This document shows positions 26,696-38,840 of a stretch of 64,000 nt of DNA, piece by piece. Below the pieces are notes generated by a model. The model made no database searches. It saw only the letters and a list, made by a program, of their open reading frames with translations, and was not told where the DNA came from. Both the position numbers and the translations under genes were made by a program. This stretch comes from the human T2T-CHM13v2.0 reference genome, Homo sapiens: NCBI RefSeq assembly GCF_009914755.1, contig NC_060932.1; one strand, written 5' to 3'. Each line of letters opens with the position of its first letter. Position 1 is the stretch's first letter.

Positions 26696-26832
26696 CATGT
26701 GCTTTGAGCCGCACCCATCCACATCTGGTGTTAGAACTTTCCTTCTGACTTCAGATAACTCTCCTTCCATACTTCATAATGACTTACTAACTGCAGCCTT
26801 TTGACACTCACTTCTGCAAGCAAACTCCAGGT
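26696..26832 (-). pseudogene. Putative exon (137 nt, phase 1 to 0)
   Basis: Acceptor ttttatcttgaaaacag, donor ATG|gtgagc; LEFACRSECQKAAVSKSL*SMEGELSEVRRKVLTPDVDGCGSKHM, single TGA. Confidence 0.55.
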
Positions 26833-26921
26833 CTGTTTTCAAGATAAAATATAGTATTTATTGTAGTATTTATGTATTTCTTAACAATTTAGCATGTGTA
26901 AAACTGTGTTATTTTTATTAG

Positions 26922-27346
<425 letters not shown>

Positions 27347-27401
27347 TGACTTTATTGCAGAACTGACTTTATTGTCACTTATTATGCAGATTTCTCCTGT
27401 T

Positions 27402-27404
<3 letters not shown>

Positions 27405-27440
<36 letters not shown>
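27405..27440 (+). repeat. (GT)18 microsatellite
   Basis: Direct reading. Confidence 0.97.
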
Positions 27441-27442
<2 letters not shown>

Positions 27443-27639
27443 TGCACTTAAAGGGGTAGCTGATAATTATTTGAAGTACTTCTTTTCACAGTGGTTTAGC
27501 AGGTTAGCAGATTTTTCCCAAGAAAAAAGAGCTAACCATGCATCAAAATAACACTTTTCTGGAGCATTTCTAGAGGATAGCTCCAAGGAATGATGCCCAC
27601 TTCATCCTTTATTAAGGTTGGTATCTCAGGAGAGCTTAC

Positions 27640-27778
27640 GCTGATAAACATGTGTTGCCCCAGTACCATGGGAAAGCAGCTTCCAGCATGCCCCATTTCA
27701 TTCTTATATCTAGCTAAATTTCTTTTAGGGTCAACATTTGGGAATAGGCCGAGCCCACCTCCTTGCACACATCTGCTG
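27640..27778 (-). pseudogene. Putative exon
   Basis: Weak acceptor gttattcag, donor AGC|gtaagc; ADVCKEVGSAYSQMLTLKEI*LDIRMKWGMLEAAFPW; needs a frameshift to join the next exon. Confidence 0.4.
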
Positions 27779-27856
27779 CTGAATAACATCCAAATGAGAG
27801 CCTCACTCTGAGGTTAAGGCCTTGGCCTGGTGACCATGCCAGCTCTCTCTTCTTAC

Positions 27857-27953
27857 CTTTATAAAGTCCTGTATGCCTCCCTTCCTCCACATCAAATCTT
27901 CAGAAGTATATGTGTGCTTTTTGAACTATGTGCAGCCCGAGAATTTATGAAAG
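27857..27953 (-). pseudogene. Putative exon (97 nt)
   Basis: Acceptor tatatttgtag, strong donor AAG|gtaaga; LS*ILGLHIVQKAHIYF*RFDVEEGRHTGLYK. Confidence 0.45.
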
Positions 27954-28479
27954 CTACAAATATAACGTACTTAACATTTTAGGCACTAAATAAATGCTAA
28001 TATAACTGAGGAGTGTCAAACCAATTGTTAGGAAGTGAATGCAAGACAGTGACACCACAGACAAAAAAAGAAGACATTTGAAGCATTCGTGTCACACAAT
28101 AGTCTTGATGTAGGGGAAAGCCAGGTATGGTTAAGTCTCAGAAATCCATGTCTTCTGAAGACTAAATTGAACTCATTCTCAAAGAAAAACTAAAGAGAAG
28201 ACTCAGTGTTAACAATGGGAAGAGTCCTAGTAGCAGGAGGAATAGCCCCCACAGTGTCTGGTAACTCCTGATTGAGAGGCACTGATGTCACCTGAAGTTA
28301 ATCCCAACTCCGCTTCCATCAGTCAGGTAAGCTCGCCCCTTATGGGAGTCTATGCTTTCTAGAAACTCCACACTTAACAATCTGTTCTCTCATTCTATCT
28401 TTGTTTTACACAGTATCTCAATGAAAAACAAACTTCTCTTCCAGAATTTCCAAAGTAATAATAATACCTATAACCCAAC

Positions 28480-28735
28480 AGTCAGCCTTATTGGTCTGGC
28501 CTGAGTCTTTTGCCAGCCCTGGGCTAGTCATGATGACTGGCGTGGCTGGGAAAATGTGATGCTCTGATTGGCTATGCCTGATTCACATGCTCAGTTTGGA
28601 GCCAGGGAAGGAATCAGTTTCACTTGGATCACATGAATTGAGAATAGAAGATAAGCAGTTTCTCAAGGAAAATTGGAGTGCTGTCACTAGAAGGGCAATG
28701 GGTTCTGGGTAAGCAAGAACAACACATGGCCCCTT
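28480..28735 (-). mobile_element. Old MaLR LTR (MLT1K-like)
   Basis: gatgctctgattggc..cacatgctc..ggagccaggg..aaggaaaattggagtgctg. Confidence 0.6.
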
Positions 28736-29053
28736 TAAGAACCTCCTAAGCCAGGCTCTGTGCTAGGCACTGAGCCTGTGAGAGTGAGCATGAAACAGAG
28801 CCAATGCCTTCCTCCAGTTTGTAGTGATTTGGATATCAATTCAGTAAGCACACAGGTAAGGAAACTGAGCCTAGAGAGATGAAGTCACATTTTTCAATGT
28901 TGCACAGCTAGTTAGAGCCAACACAGTGTCTAGAAACTCTAAAATCATGGCCAATATTAAGATGCCATCTTGCCTTACTCGTATAGCCAGCAGACCTATT
29001 TGAAGCATGGTTGTCTGTTAAGCACACAATTGTGTAGGATATTACTGTTATAA

Positions 29054-29238
29054 CCAGTTGTATGCTGGAATTGACTCACACCAGCTGGTGCAAAATTATT
29101 GGGTACATCTCTTTCCTACTTAACATTCAGTGAAATAATGTTGGTAGCTTGAGATCAGCTATGGTGGTATTTACACTGTAGAAATTGGCAACCATCACCA
29201 TGAACTGATTGTTACACCTTTACCAACATACCACCAGT
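29054..29238. mobile_element. MER63A (hAT-Blackjack)
   Basis: ccagttgtatgctgg ... ttggtagcttgagatc..tatttacac ... accaacataccaccag termini. Confidence 0.75.
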
Positions 29239-29873
29239 TACCATGGTTATAGGAATTTAGTCTTCAAGCAAATTTTTTTTTCTTTTCTAGAATATTTAAT
29301 AAAATTCACATAATTACTGATACAGATGGATAGATGTGACAGGTCAGGAAGTTCTTAAACCATAGAATTTTTGTCTCTTTTTTCTTCCATTCTACTCCAA
29401 ATCCCAAGGTCTTCAATCTTATATGTTTAGTACAATTTATATTTTATTTTCGTATTTGGTGCATGTTGATCAAAGTGAAACCACAGATGAGAGGGGACTA
29501 CTGTACCACAAACTGAGCAGCTTAAACAGCAGAAATTTATTGCCTTTCAATTCTGGAGGCAAGAAGTCCTAGATCAAGGTGTCAGCAGGGTGTCTCTATT
29601 ACTAAGGCATCTGTAGGTAACATGTATGAATCTTCAGCATCAGACTTGACCTTACTAATACTGATTTTTAGCATAACAAACAGACTAGACTTTAGCTATG
29701 TTCTTCTTAATTGCCCAAATTAGTGGCCAGTAACCTATACCTAAAGTTTTCAACTATCAGATTTGTCAGCGTTGTCCTTTGTACTAGCATGCATTTTTTT
29801 TGGTAAAAGGGGAGAAAGAAGATACATCAGGACACCCCTTGATAAACCTAACTCAAAAACAAATAAAGGCATT

Positions 29874-30656
29874 TGTATCAGTTTCTGTGGCTGCTGTCAC
29901 AAAGTGCAATAGGCGCCCCTTATCTACAGGGGATACGTTCCAAGCCCCCCATGGATGCCTGAAACTATAGATAGTACTGAACCCTGTATACAGTATGTTT
30001 TTTTCTATACATACATACCTATGATAAAGTTTAATTGATAAATTAGGCACAATAAGAGATGAACAACAATAACTAATAATAAAATAAAACAGTTAATATA
30101 CTGCAATAAAAGTTATGTGAATATGGACTCTTCCTCTCTTTTTCTCAGAATATCTTGAGAGTTACCCCATGTACCTAAGGGTAACTGAAACCACAGCAAG
30201 TGAAACTGCGGATCAGAGGAGACTGCTGTAACACAAACTAAGAGCCTTAAGCAACAGAAAATGTATTGCCTTGCCATTCTGGAGGCAAGAAGTCCTAGAT
30301 CAAGGTGTTGGCAGGGTTGGTTCCTTTTGTGGGCTGTGAGGGAGAAATCTGTTTATGCCTCTCTCCTAGCTTCTGGTGGTTTGCTGGCAATCCTTAACAT
30401 TCATTGGCTTTTGTGGCATCACTCCAACTCTGTCTTCATCTTCACATGGTGTTCTTGCTGTTTGCATCTCTGTGTCCAAGTTTCCCCTTTTTTATAAGAA
30501 CATCAGTCATATTGGATTAGGGCTCACCCTAATGACCTCATTTTAGCTTGATTACATTGGTAAAGACCATATTTCTGAATGAGGTCACATTCTCAGGTAC
30601 AGGGGTTTAAGACTTCAACGTAACTTTGTGGGGAGGACACAATTCAACCCATAACA
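29874..30656 (-). mobile_element. MLT1B/C solo LTR interrupted by MER44A
   Basis: tgtatcagttt start, ggacacaattcaacccataaca end; exact TSD gcatt. Confidence 0.9.
29907..30228. mobile_element. MER44A (Tigger7-derived MITE)
   Basis: ccccttatc..ggggatacgttccaag..tggatgcctgaaac..; TIR end gactgctg followed by TA. Confidence 0.9.
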
Positions 30657-30863
30657 GCATTGTAATTAAATTTTTAAATTGTCACATGCTAATATCAATA
30701 GATAAAATGTTCTTTGTCAAGCTAGAGTTCTAACAAGTAAATATTTCATTCCTTTTGAAAAACAGGTATTCCTACTGAGTTGATTTCCATGTTATTCAGA
30801 ATGTCTTAATGACCTGGTCTTCAGCCTTGTGCTCCTTGTTCAAATGCAGCATTAATTTTAAGA

Positions 30864-31490
30864 CAGGGCTCAGTCAACTCAGCCCACTGCCTTTTTCTGT
30901 ATGGTCTACAAGCCTAGAAGAGTTTTTACATTTTTAAAGGGTTAAGTGGGCTGGGCATGGTGGCTTATGCTTGTAATCTCAACACTTGGGGAGGCTGAGG
31001 CAGGAGGATCACTTGAGGCCAGGAGTTTGAGACCAATCTGGGCAACATGGCAAGACCCCCATCTTTTAAAAAAAGATTTTTTTTTTAAATTAGCTGGATG
31101 TGATCACATGCACCTGTATTCCCAGCTACTTGAGAAGCTAAGGTGGGAGGATCACATGAGCCCAGGAGGTTGAGGCTGCAGTGAGCTGTCTACTTACTAC
31201 AGCACTCCAGCCTGGGAGACAGAGTGAGACCCTTTCTCAAAAAAATGGGAGGGGGCAATGGAAAAAAATCAAAAGACGAATATTATTTCATGAAGTGAAA
31301 ATTATATAAAATCCAAATCTCAGTGTTGTCAATAAATAAATTTGTATTGGCACACAGCCACACTCACTCATTTGCATATTTTCTATGGCTGCTTTCACAC
31401 TACACAGGCAGAGTTGCAGAGTTGCAGAGTTGCAAAGGAGACTGTTAGTCTGAAAAACCTGAACTATTTACTCTCTGGCCATTTACAGGT
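30864..31490. mobile_element. MER58B interrupted by AluJ
   Basis: tttttacatttttaaa | aaaaatcaaaaga..cacagccacactc..ctatggctgctttc. Confidence 0.8.
30949..31245 (+). mobile_element. AluJ
   Basis: ggctgggcatggtggct..aggatcacttgaggccaggagtt..gaggttgaggctgcagtgagc. Confidence 0.95.
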
Positions 31491-31917
31491 AGGATGCTAA
31501 TTTTGTTAACTATACCTCCCTCACAACTAATTGCTGCTGCTCCCGAATGACACAGCCTAGTCACTGAAGCAGACAGGCATCATGCTGCTGACCTTTGTGC
31601 TGTGAGGGGGGTGTCTTCATTCATAAATTATAGCATCATCATGATTCTGCCTATTTTGTTACTATCAGAAGAATCACGCAGCTAATTAGTAAGCATTTAA
31701 TTAGAAGTCAGAACCAATGCTGTTAATGGGCATGCTTAATATTCCATCGACAAAATTAACTGCTGACATCAAAGGTGTGTGTGTGGTCATTGCCACCTCC
31801 AACCCCCGCCCAATATGGCAGCATTTTATGTCTATTTGTTAAACATAACTTCCATGTGTAACTTGCATCTTGAAATAATTTAGTTCCATTGAATCCACTG
31901 GGATTGTATTTAATCCT

Positions 31918-32526
31918 GTCTCTATTAGTTTTCTATTGCTGCCAAAGCAAATTACCACAAATTTAGCAGCTTGAAACACCACAAGTTTTCTGTCTCAGAA
32001 TTTTCCAGGCTAGAAGTCCAGTGGGCTTGACTGGCTCCTCTGTTCCAGGTCTCACAAACTGAAGTCAAGATGGCAGCAGGGCCACATTTTTTTCTGGAAG
32101 CTCTGCAAAGAACCTGCTTTCACGCTCTTTCAGGTTATTGGCGGAAAGAGGAGCTGGTTTCTGCCAACAATCTGAAGGAGGGCGGTGGTCCCTGCTTCCT
32201 GGCTGGCAGTGGGTGGGAGCCTATCTTAAAGCTACATGACTCCTGCTCCCATTTCCCCCTCCATTTTCAAGCCACCAAGGGCATGTCAAACCCTTGTCAT
32301 GCTTCAGATCTTCTCATGACTTCTGCCTCTAGCTGGAGAACAATCTCTCCTTTTAAGGGCTCATGTGATTAGATTGGTTTCTTTTGGGTAATCCAGGATA
32401 ATCTCCCTATTTTAAGGTGCATAACCTTAACTACACCTCCAAAGTGCCATTCGCCATGTAACTTCACATATTCAGATTCCGGGAATTAGGGCATGAGTGT
32501 CTTTCAGGGGCCATTCTGCCTGGCAC
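31918..32526 (-). mobile_element. MLT1E-type solo LTR
   Basis: tattagttttctattgctg..aaattaccacaaatttagc; ttttaagggctcatgtgattagattgg; ccattctgcct end. Confidence 0.85.
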
Positions 32527-33309
32527 GCCTTCTCTGGGTTCTGTGTTCCTAACCTGAGAGTCTGCATCTCTGTTTTCTCTTAGAAGACTCTGAGGGATCA
32601 GCACTTGGCCCTAGGGACTGCACTTGCTTTTCCATTTTGGGAGCCCCCAGAAAGACTAGCCTTTGGTAGTCTCTTTCTATTGCAGAGTTGGCATTTCAAG
32701 TTAGTTTTTCATGGATGTATCACCATGTTATTCCCATGCAACACAATTAAATGACCCCAGCCACCACAGCTGAAAGCATTTATACTTAGTTATTTCATAC
32801 AGCTGTGTTAGAAAACCACTGCATACATCAACTGTGATATAAACGTACCCTGCTAGAGTTGGGCAGTGAACAGCCTGCTTAGCCTGATGCTGCAGCCATA
32901 AAAAAAAAGGTCTGTGTGCATCTTGGTTGCCCATCTTCTTTCTCCGAAAGGCAAGAGCCAAGGAGTCAGACTGGAACACCTTGCCACTCTGAAGTTTAGA
33001 ATACATCCATTTTCATGACTACTCAAATTATAGGTAAATTGTCACCTTGCTGTGCACTGTAATGTTTCTGGTTACCCATCTAAATCTGGTTGATGTCCAC
33101 GTTTGGAAGAATTCCTTACATTTGATCCAAATGTAAGAAAACTTGAAGTATTTTGGAAGTTCAGGCTGAAATATAGTTGCATTTTGTAAATGCTAGATAG
33201 CTAATAACTAAAGGGAAATTCCAGCAAAGTGGAAGGGGAAGTAGGAATGGGGAATAATCTTTTTGTTCACTGGCCATGATCCTGGCACAGAGACCCTCAG
33301 AGTGCAGAC

Positions 33310-33470
33310 TAGGATTTCTTAAACACTAACATGCTCATGAATCGCCTAAGATCTTAACATTCACATTCTAATTATCGAGTCTGAGATGAGGCCTGAAATT
33401 TCATATTTCTAACCACTTCCCAGATGACGCAACCTCTGTGAGTCTGTGGGCCACACTTTGAGTGGTAAGA
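33310..33470. mobile_element. MER5-type MITE
   Basis: gaggcctgaaatttcatatttctaacc..cccagatga..gccacactttgagt. Confidence 0.75.
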
Positions 33471-34829
33471 ATTTAGAGAATTTAGACTACCAACAAAATG
33501 AATCAATTTCTTCCCAAAGGGTTATTTTTTTCACACCAACTATTGTATCTACGTTAAATGTATTCATATTACTGGCAAAGTCAAAGAGCTCAGCTTTCCT
33601 TTCCTTGCTTGGTATTAGGATTTAAGTATAACTTTAAGGAAGCTGCATTTCCTCAGCACAGGAAGAACAACCATGAAGAATGCCATTAGTTCTAATCAAC
33701 TCAAACCTAATTAAAGAGAATAATGTAATTTAAAGTGAAAATTTTGATTCAAATAGGTTCTTGATGACAAGATTAGCATAAGAAGATAATTTCTTTAAAA
33801 TATCTTAAGTATAGTTGGAGAGTGAGACAATGTGGTTTAATGATTTGTGTTGATGGGGAGACATTTAGGGCCTGAACTAAAATATTCCCTTCCTTCATTC
33901 CCTCCTCTGCATCTCATTTAAGCCCCCTAGAATTCTTTGGAAAGCCTGGAGACATGCTAGCTTTTATCATATTGGGAGCTGGTCCAGGAAGTATGAATGT
34001 GAAATTTTAGCATTTGTGTAACTGCCAGCAGGTGTGGTCTGAATGTGTAGTGCAGGCTCCACTTTCAGATTTCAGGGAAGAGCTAATTCCTCAGTAATGC
34101 TCTGTGATGCTTGAAGCTTGGCGTGAAGGCTGGGCATTCCTGGGGAGGGAACTGCCTGCCAGTGGTCCTGATTCTGTGTCTGCTGGCAAGGCTGGATCCA
34201 AACAAGCTTCCTCTTCCCCTTTTTGCAGTCGGCTGCAAATCCTGAAGGTAGACAGAGGCAACACCCAAGAGGCTGACATCATGTCTTTCACCTTCCAAGA
34301 TCAAAGGATTTAAGAGTGCTACTAAAGCAATGTAATTCAATTTATAGGAGATTCTGAATCACCAAGATTAGGCTTGGTTATCATGAAAATGGAGGAATTA
34401 TCTTCTCAGGGATTTGTCGTCCTGTCAGTCAGCTGAGTTTGCCTGGTTGACAGGAAAGGCCCCAAAGGAACTCCATGTGATTCTGCTGGGGAATATGAAG
34501 CCCAGTGTCGAATGAAGAGTGCCCCGTCTCTGCTGCTGAGATTGCACTGTGGTTTAGTGGGAAATGTTCCTAGGCTTCAGTTTTATATTCTCACCTCTAG
34601 TATTGTCAGGGACAGCCACTTTCTGTTTTCATAGGATGGAGGTCCTCTGCAAATGCTGGTAAATGCACTGCAGTGTTTAATTAGGAAGAAGGATGTAGAA
34701 ACTTTGTTTGGTGTGTGGCATATAAAGAAGAGAAGGTAAAGCATCTCTGTCAACAAAGAATTCAAAGTGTAAGAACTCCTGGCTGCCTTCAGCCTGACAG
34801 AAAGTGTCTTATCATCTGTGTCTGCTCTG

Positions 34830-35710
34830 CGGCTTGGTGGCCAACAGTGCAGGCTTTAGAGAGAATCGGTCTGATTTCTGATACCTGCCCTACTACCTAC
34901 TCGTTGTGTTACTGAGCAAATTTTAATTCCTTTGTGCCTCAGTTTCCTCATCGACACATTGGGAAGAGTAGTACTGTACTTTATAGGGTTTTCATGAGAT
35001 TAAATAAGTTTACAGATCTGAAACGATTAGAACGGTGCATGGCATTTATAAATGTGCCGGGAAGGTTAGCTTATTCGGATGCTCAGAGAACCCGAGGTAA
35101 CAGCAGGGAAATCAGAAGACATGGGTTCAAATTCTGACTTTTTCATAGATTTAGGTCTATCCCAGTGTCTCTGAAATTCTTTGTAAAACATGGACTGTAA
35201 TACCTATCTCCCATGGTTTTAGTTAAGCTGAAATAACAGTTTATGTGAAAGAGTCCAGCAATAAATCGTCGCTCAGGGACAGATGGTTGAAGTCCTACTT
35301 ATTATAGCAAATATGTTATCCTAAAAGGTATTAAATTAACTGATAGCAAGCAAACTAGATTTTTATGTAAATTAGAAATCTATTTGCAGACAAGTGTCCA
35401 TTATGAATTATGGAAAGGATACAATTTTCCTCTATTTAGCTCTAATCCTTTCATTTTGATTAGATTAGGTTATAATCCTGACAGTGACATTTATTGAGTG
35501 CTTTTTACTTTATCTCATCAGTCCTCAGTACACTCTGGCAATATTATGGTAGATAGTATTATGATCCCTGTTATACTGCATGTTGGAAATACGTGGCTCA
35601 GAGAGGTTAAGTAACTTACCCAAGGTCATACAGCCACAAAGAAGCAGAGGCAATGCTGTAGCCTAGTTTTCTTTGACTCCTGATAAAGTGCTCTTTAGAA
35701 CTATGGTGTT
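34830..35710. mobile_element. Cluster of three MIRs (+ 34830-35075, + 35100-35290, - 35480-35710)
   Basis: gtgcctcagtttcctcatc; gggttcaaattctg; ggctcagagaggttaagtaacttacccaaggtcatacagc. Confidence 0.8.
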
Positions 35711-36959
35711 TTCTCTACATCAAGTCAAATCTTATGGTCTCTTAGAGCAATTTTTGTCATGACAGTTCAAATTATAGATCAGATCTTAGTTTTAGTTCAA
35801 AGTCAGAAGCAAAGTAGTCAAATGAGAAGAAAAACAAACAGCCATAAAAGTCCGATATTGGCCCATTTCTGCCACCAACATGCCATAAGACTGATCATTG
35901 TTTTCCAGTCTTGAAATATCTTCTCCCCAAATCAGAGGCAGCCCCACAGTTTTGTTATAGAAGAGGCTTCTGGACACTATTGAGTCGAAAGGTAAGAGTG
36001 GTGGTTGATGCTCTTGCCTTGAGTGTAAATTTGCCAAGCAAGCATATAGTTTGTATTACAATACTATGCTTGCTAAGTGGTTTGGCATGCTTCATAGGTT
36101 TTGGAGGCTAAAGCCCCCCTGCCACATCACAGTCTTACGCCTCTGACTCAGTTTCTGCTAACAATAACCAAACTATATGAGGATGCGATGGTTTACTGCA
36201 CTGTGTGGCCAGAATTTAGTAGTGTTACTAGATTAAACCAGACCACAAAAAACAGTTCTACTCTTAAAAAACCTGTATTTTACAGTGGCCTGGTCAGGAA
36301 AATTCGTCTGTTTTTGCTTAGCAAGTTGCACTAGGAGATTTCACAATTTAGTTCATTGCTTTTATAAACAGTGTTTTCCTTCCTGTCTCTGAATAGATCT
36401 TTTTTTTGTAGGGAAATTGGAGCTATCAATCTATCCAGTGTAATTTCATCCTTTTCTATCAGATGATCTCTACTAATGAATCAGGAAGCCTGTGTGTGGG
36501 CTGGGAGACGGGAGGGAGCAGAGAGGATATAGAATGAGGAAATGTAAACAGCACTGCCAGTGATGCTCATGCAGCGAAGATACGCCCCACCGTCACTGTT
36601 ATAGCCTCTCTCTCTCTCTCACTTCTTTAAAAGCTAATTCTTGGAATCCTTGGCAGAACCCTGCGAGTCCCTCTTCTCTCATATCCCTTCCATGCAAATC
36701 ACATTTAACAGACTACTTGCGTGGCTATGCACTTGACTAAAAGACTGTTCAACTACAGCTCACTAAAGACGTGCCATCAAGGGATTGCACAACCTCACAG
36801 GAGAATATGTGACACAGAGTAGGTGCTGAGAAGCCTACTGGAAGACCAGACAGGAAGGTAGTTGAGAGGGAGAAAAATAGAAATGAATGAGCTGTGAAAT
36901 AAGAAGTAAGTTAAAAGGGCAAAGACTCATGGGCCATATGTCAGTGTTTCCTTCCTCCT

Positions 36960-37110
36960 CCTCTCACCAACTCTGAGACTGTGGCCAGCTTAGCCTTTGT
37001 GTTCTTATCTGCAAAATGGGATAATAATAATGCCAATCTCCTATTATTGTAAATATTGAGTGATAAAATGAATGGAAAGCAATTGGCACTTAGCAATTTT
37101 ATTCATTCAC
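36960..37110 (+). mobile_element. MIR fragment
   Basis: ttcttatctgcaaaatgggataataata. Confidence 0.65.
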
Positions 37111-38659
37111 TGTTAGAATTATCCCTTTCCCCCACCATCGTAGAGTCCAGTATCCGCCATTCAGAACTCTGTAAGGGATCATTTAAGATCCTATGACCTT
37201 TGAAATGGGTCAGGACCTATTCTTCTGTCCTTTCTTCTTTTTCTGTTTATTTTTATCTTTCACATTACAGTGCAACTAGAGTGAGCACTCTAAAGTTTTC
37301 CCCTGTTCCTCTATGGAAATTCACAAAAGATTGGGAAACTACCATGAAGTGAAGCCTTTTCACTCTCTAATCCCAGGGGCTATTTCCACCTAGCACACTG
37401 ACCACCGGGCTTCCTAAGTGTTGCTGATTCTTTGACCTCTCTCTAAAAATAACTACATGATGATCTGTTCTTCACAGTTGAAGGTAAAGCCCCTTTTGTA
37501 GAAGCTGGGTTCTTCTTCTAATTAGCATTTCTACTTGTATAGTTTTCTTGTATAAGACAAACATATTTTTAAGCTGGCCATAAAGTTGGAACTACCATCT
37601 AATTTCTGCCTCTGAAACAAAAATCACACAAGCCGGCAGTGTCCCCAAACCACTATGAAATCCAGTCTCAATCAAGTCCTACTCTTTTGTAGCTGGAAAA
37701 AACTCAGAAGCCATTTAATGCCATTTTCTCAATTTTATGGTTGAAGAAACTATATTGGGGAGGTTAGGTGACCTGCTAAGCATGTAGTTATTCTGGAAAA
37801 GCCTGGAACCTTTCCCACTACATTGCATTGTTTTCCATCCTCAAATGGAAAAACTCTAAATAAACACCCTTCTCACCTTTACAGGATAGATGCCTGAAGG
37901 AAGTGCTTCCAAGCATTTCAGACAGTATTAAATCTATCACTCAACTTATGCAGATCACTGTGACTTCCTTGAATTTTCATTATTGGCTTCCAGGCACATG
38001 CGGTGTGCTTAAATCATCACCTATAAAGCTCCCTCCTTCTACCTCCAGTGATGGCACGGGCTGATAATATGAATTGGTCTTTACAATTTCAGATACTTCT
38101 ATGGTTACAAAAATCCATTTTGATAATAAAGGAAGCTAGAACTATTGGGAGTAGGTCCCTGACCTTGGAAACTGATGAACACATCTTCCCCAGCTTGATC
38201 TTTGTTGCATCTGAGAAAAACCCTGGGCTGCATAACTCCTGGATCTGACCCAGCATGTTCTACCACCCACAGCAAAAGCACAGAAATATAACCAGCAGGA
38301 CGCCTATTGATTAGACATCCACAAGTTATATTACTGATTACCTACTCCTCAACCTTCAGGCAGGCAAACACGTTTTCAGCTCTCATGAAGTCATTTATTT
38401 TCATACGTCTTAATATTTCACATTTTCTTCCCTTGGTTTTAGACTTTTCTACCTCTGGCTGTGAGGTTTGCCTTGTGTATTATTTGCCCAACAGGGCCTC
38501 CTTAATCTGGTTTCTTTTCTGCCTCTCACCCAGATACTCTGCTGAATTACTCTCCCGGATAGGAGCATGCTCTTTCCTAAGGAGGGAGGTGCAGGGGTAC
38601 GAGGGAATCTGTAACTTCATCCGAGTTTGGCTTCTTAGGCTTCATGATCACTGAGTAGA

Positions 38660-38840
38660 GCAGTCATTTGGAACCCATTCTGGTTATTTTCTAAAATCAC
38701 CAAGGAAGCTTTGAAAAATGTAGGTGCCAGGCCCGCCGGAGACCAGTGAAACACGATTTCAAGGGAGAGGGCATGACATCGGTCTATTTTTTAAGTTCCC
38801 CAAGCTAATCTAATGGATAGCCAGGGTTGAGAGCTACTCA
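38660..38840. mobile_element. MER5A-type MITE
   Basis: aaatcacc..gaagctttgaaaaat..gccaggcc..ccccaag..agccagggttgagagctact. Confidence 0.7.

Noticed and set aside
32728-33006. YITVDVCSGF resembling a retroviral integrase motif
   Set aside because: Isolated motif that falls past a donor-like site; no other pol features
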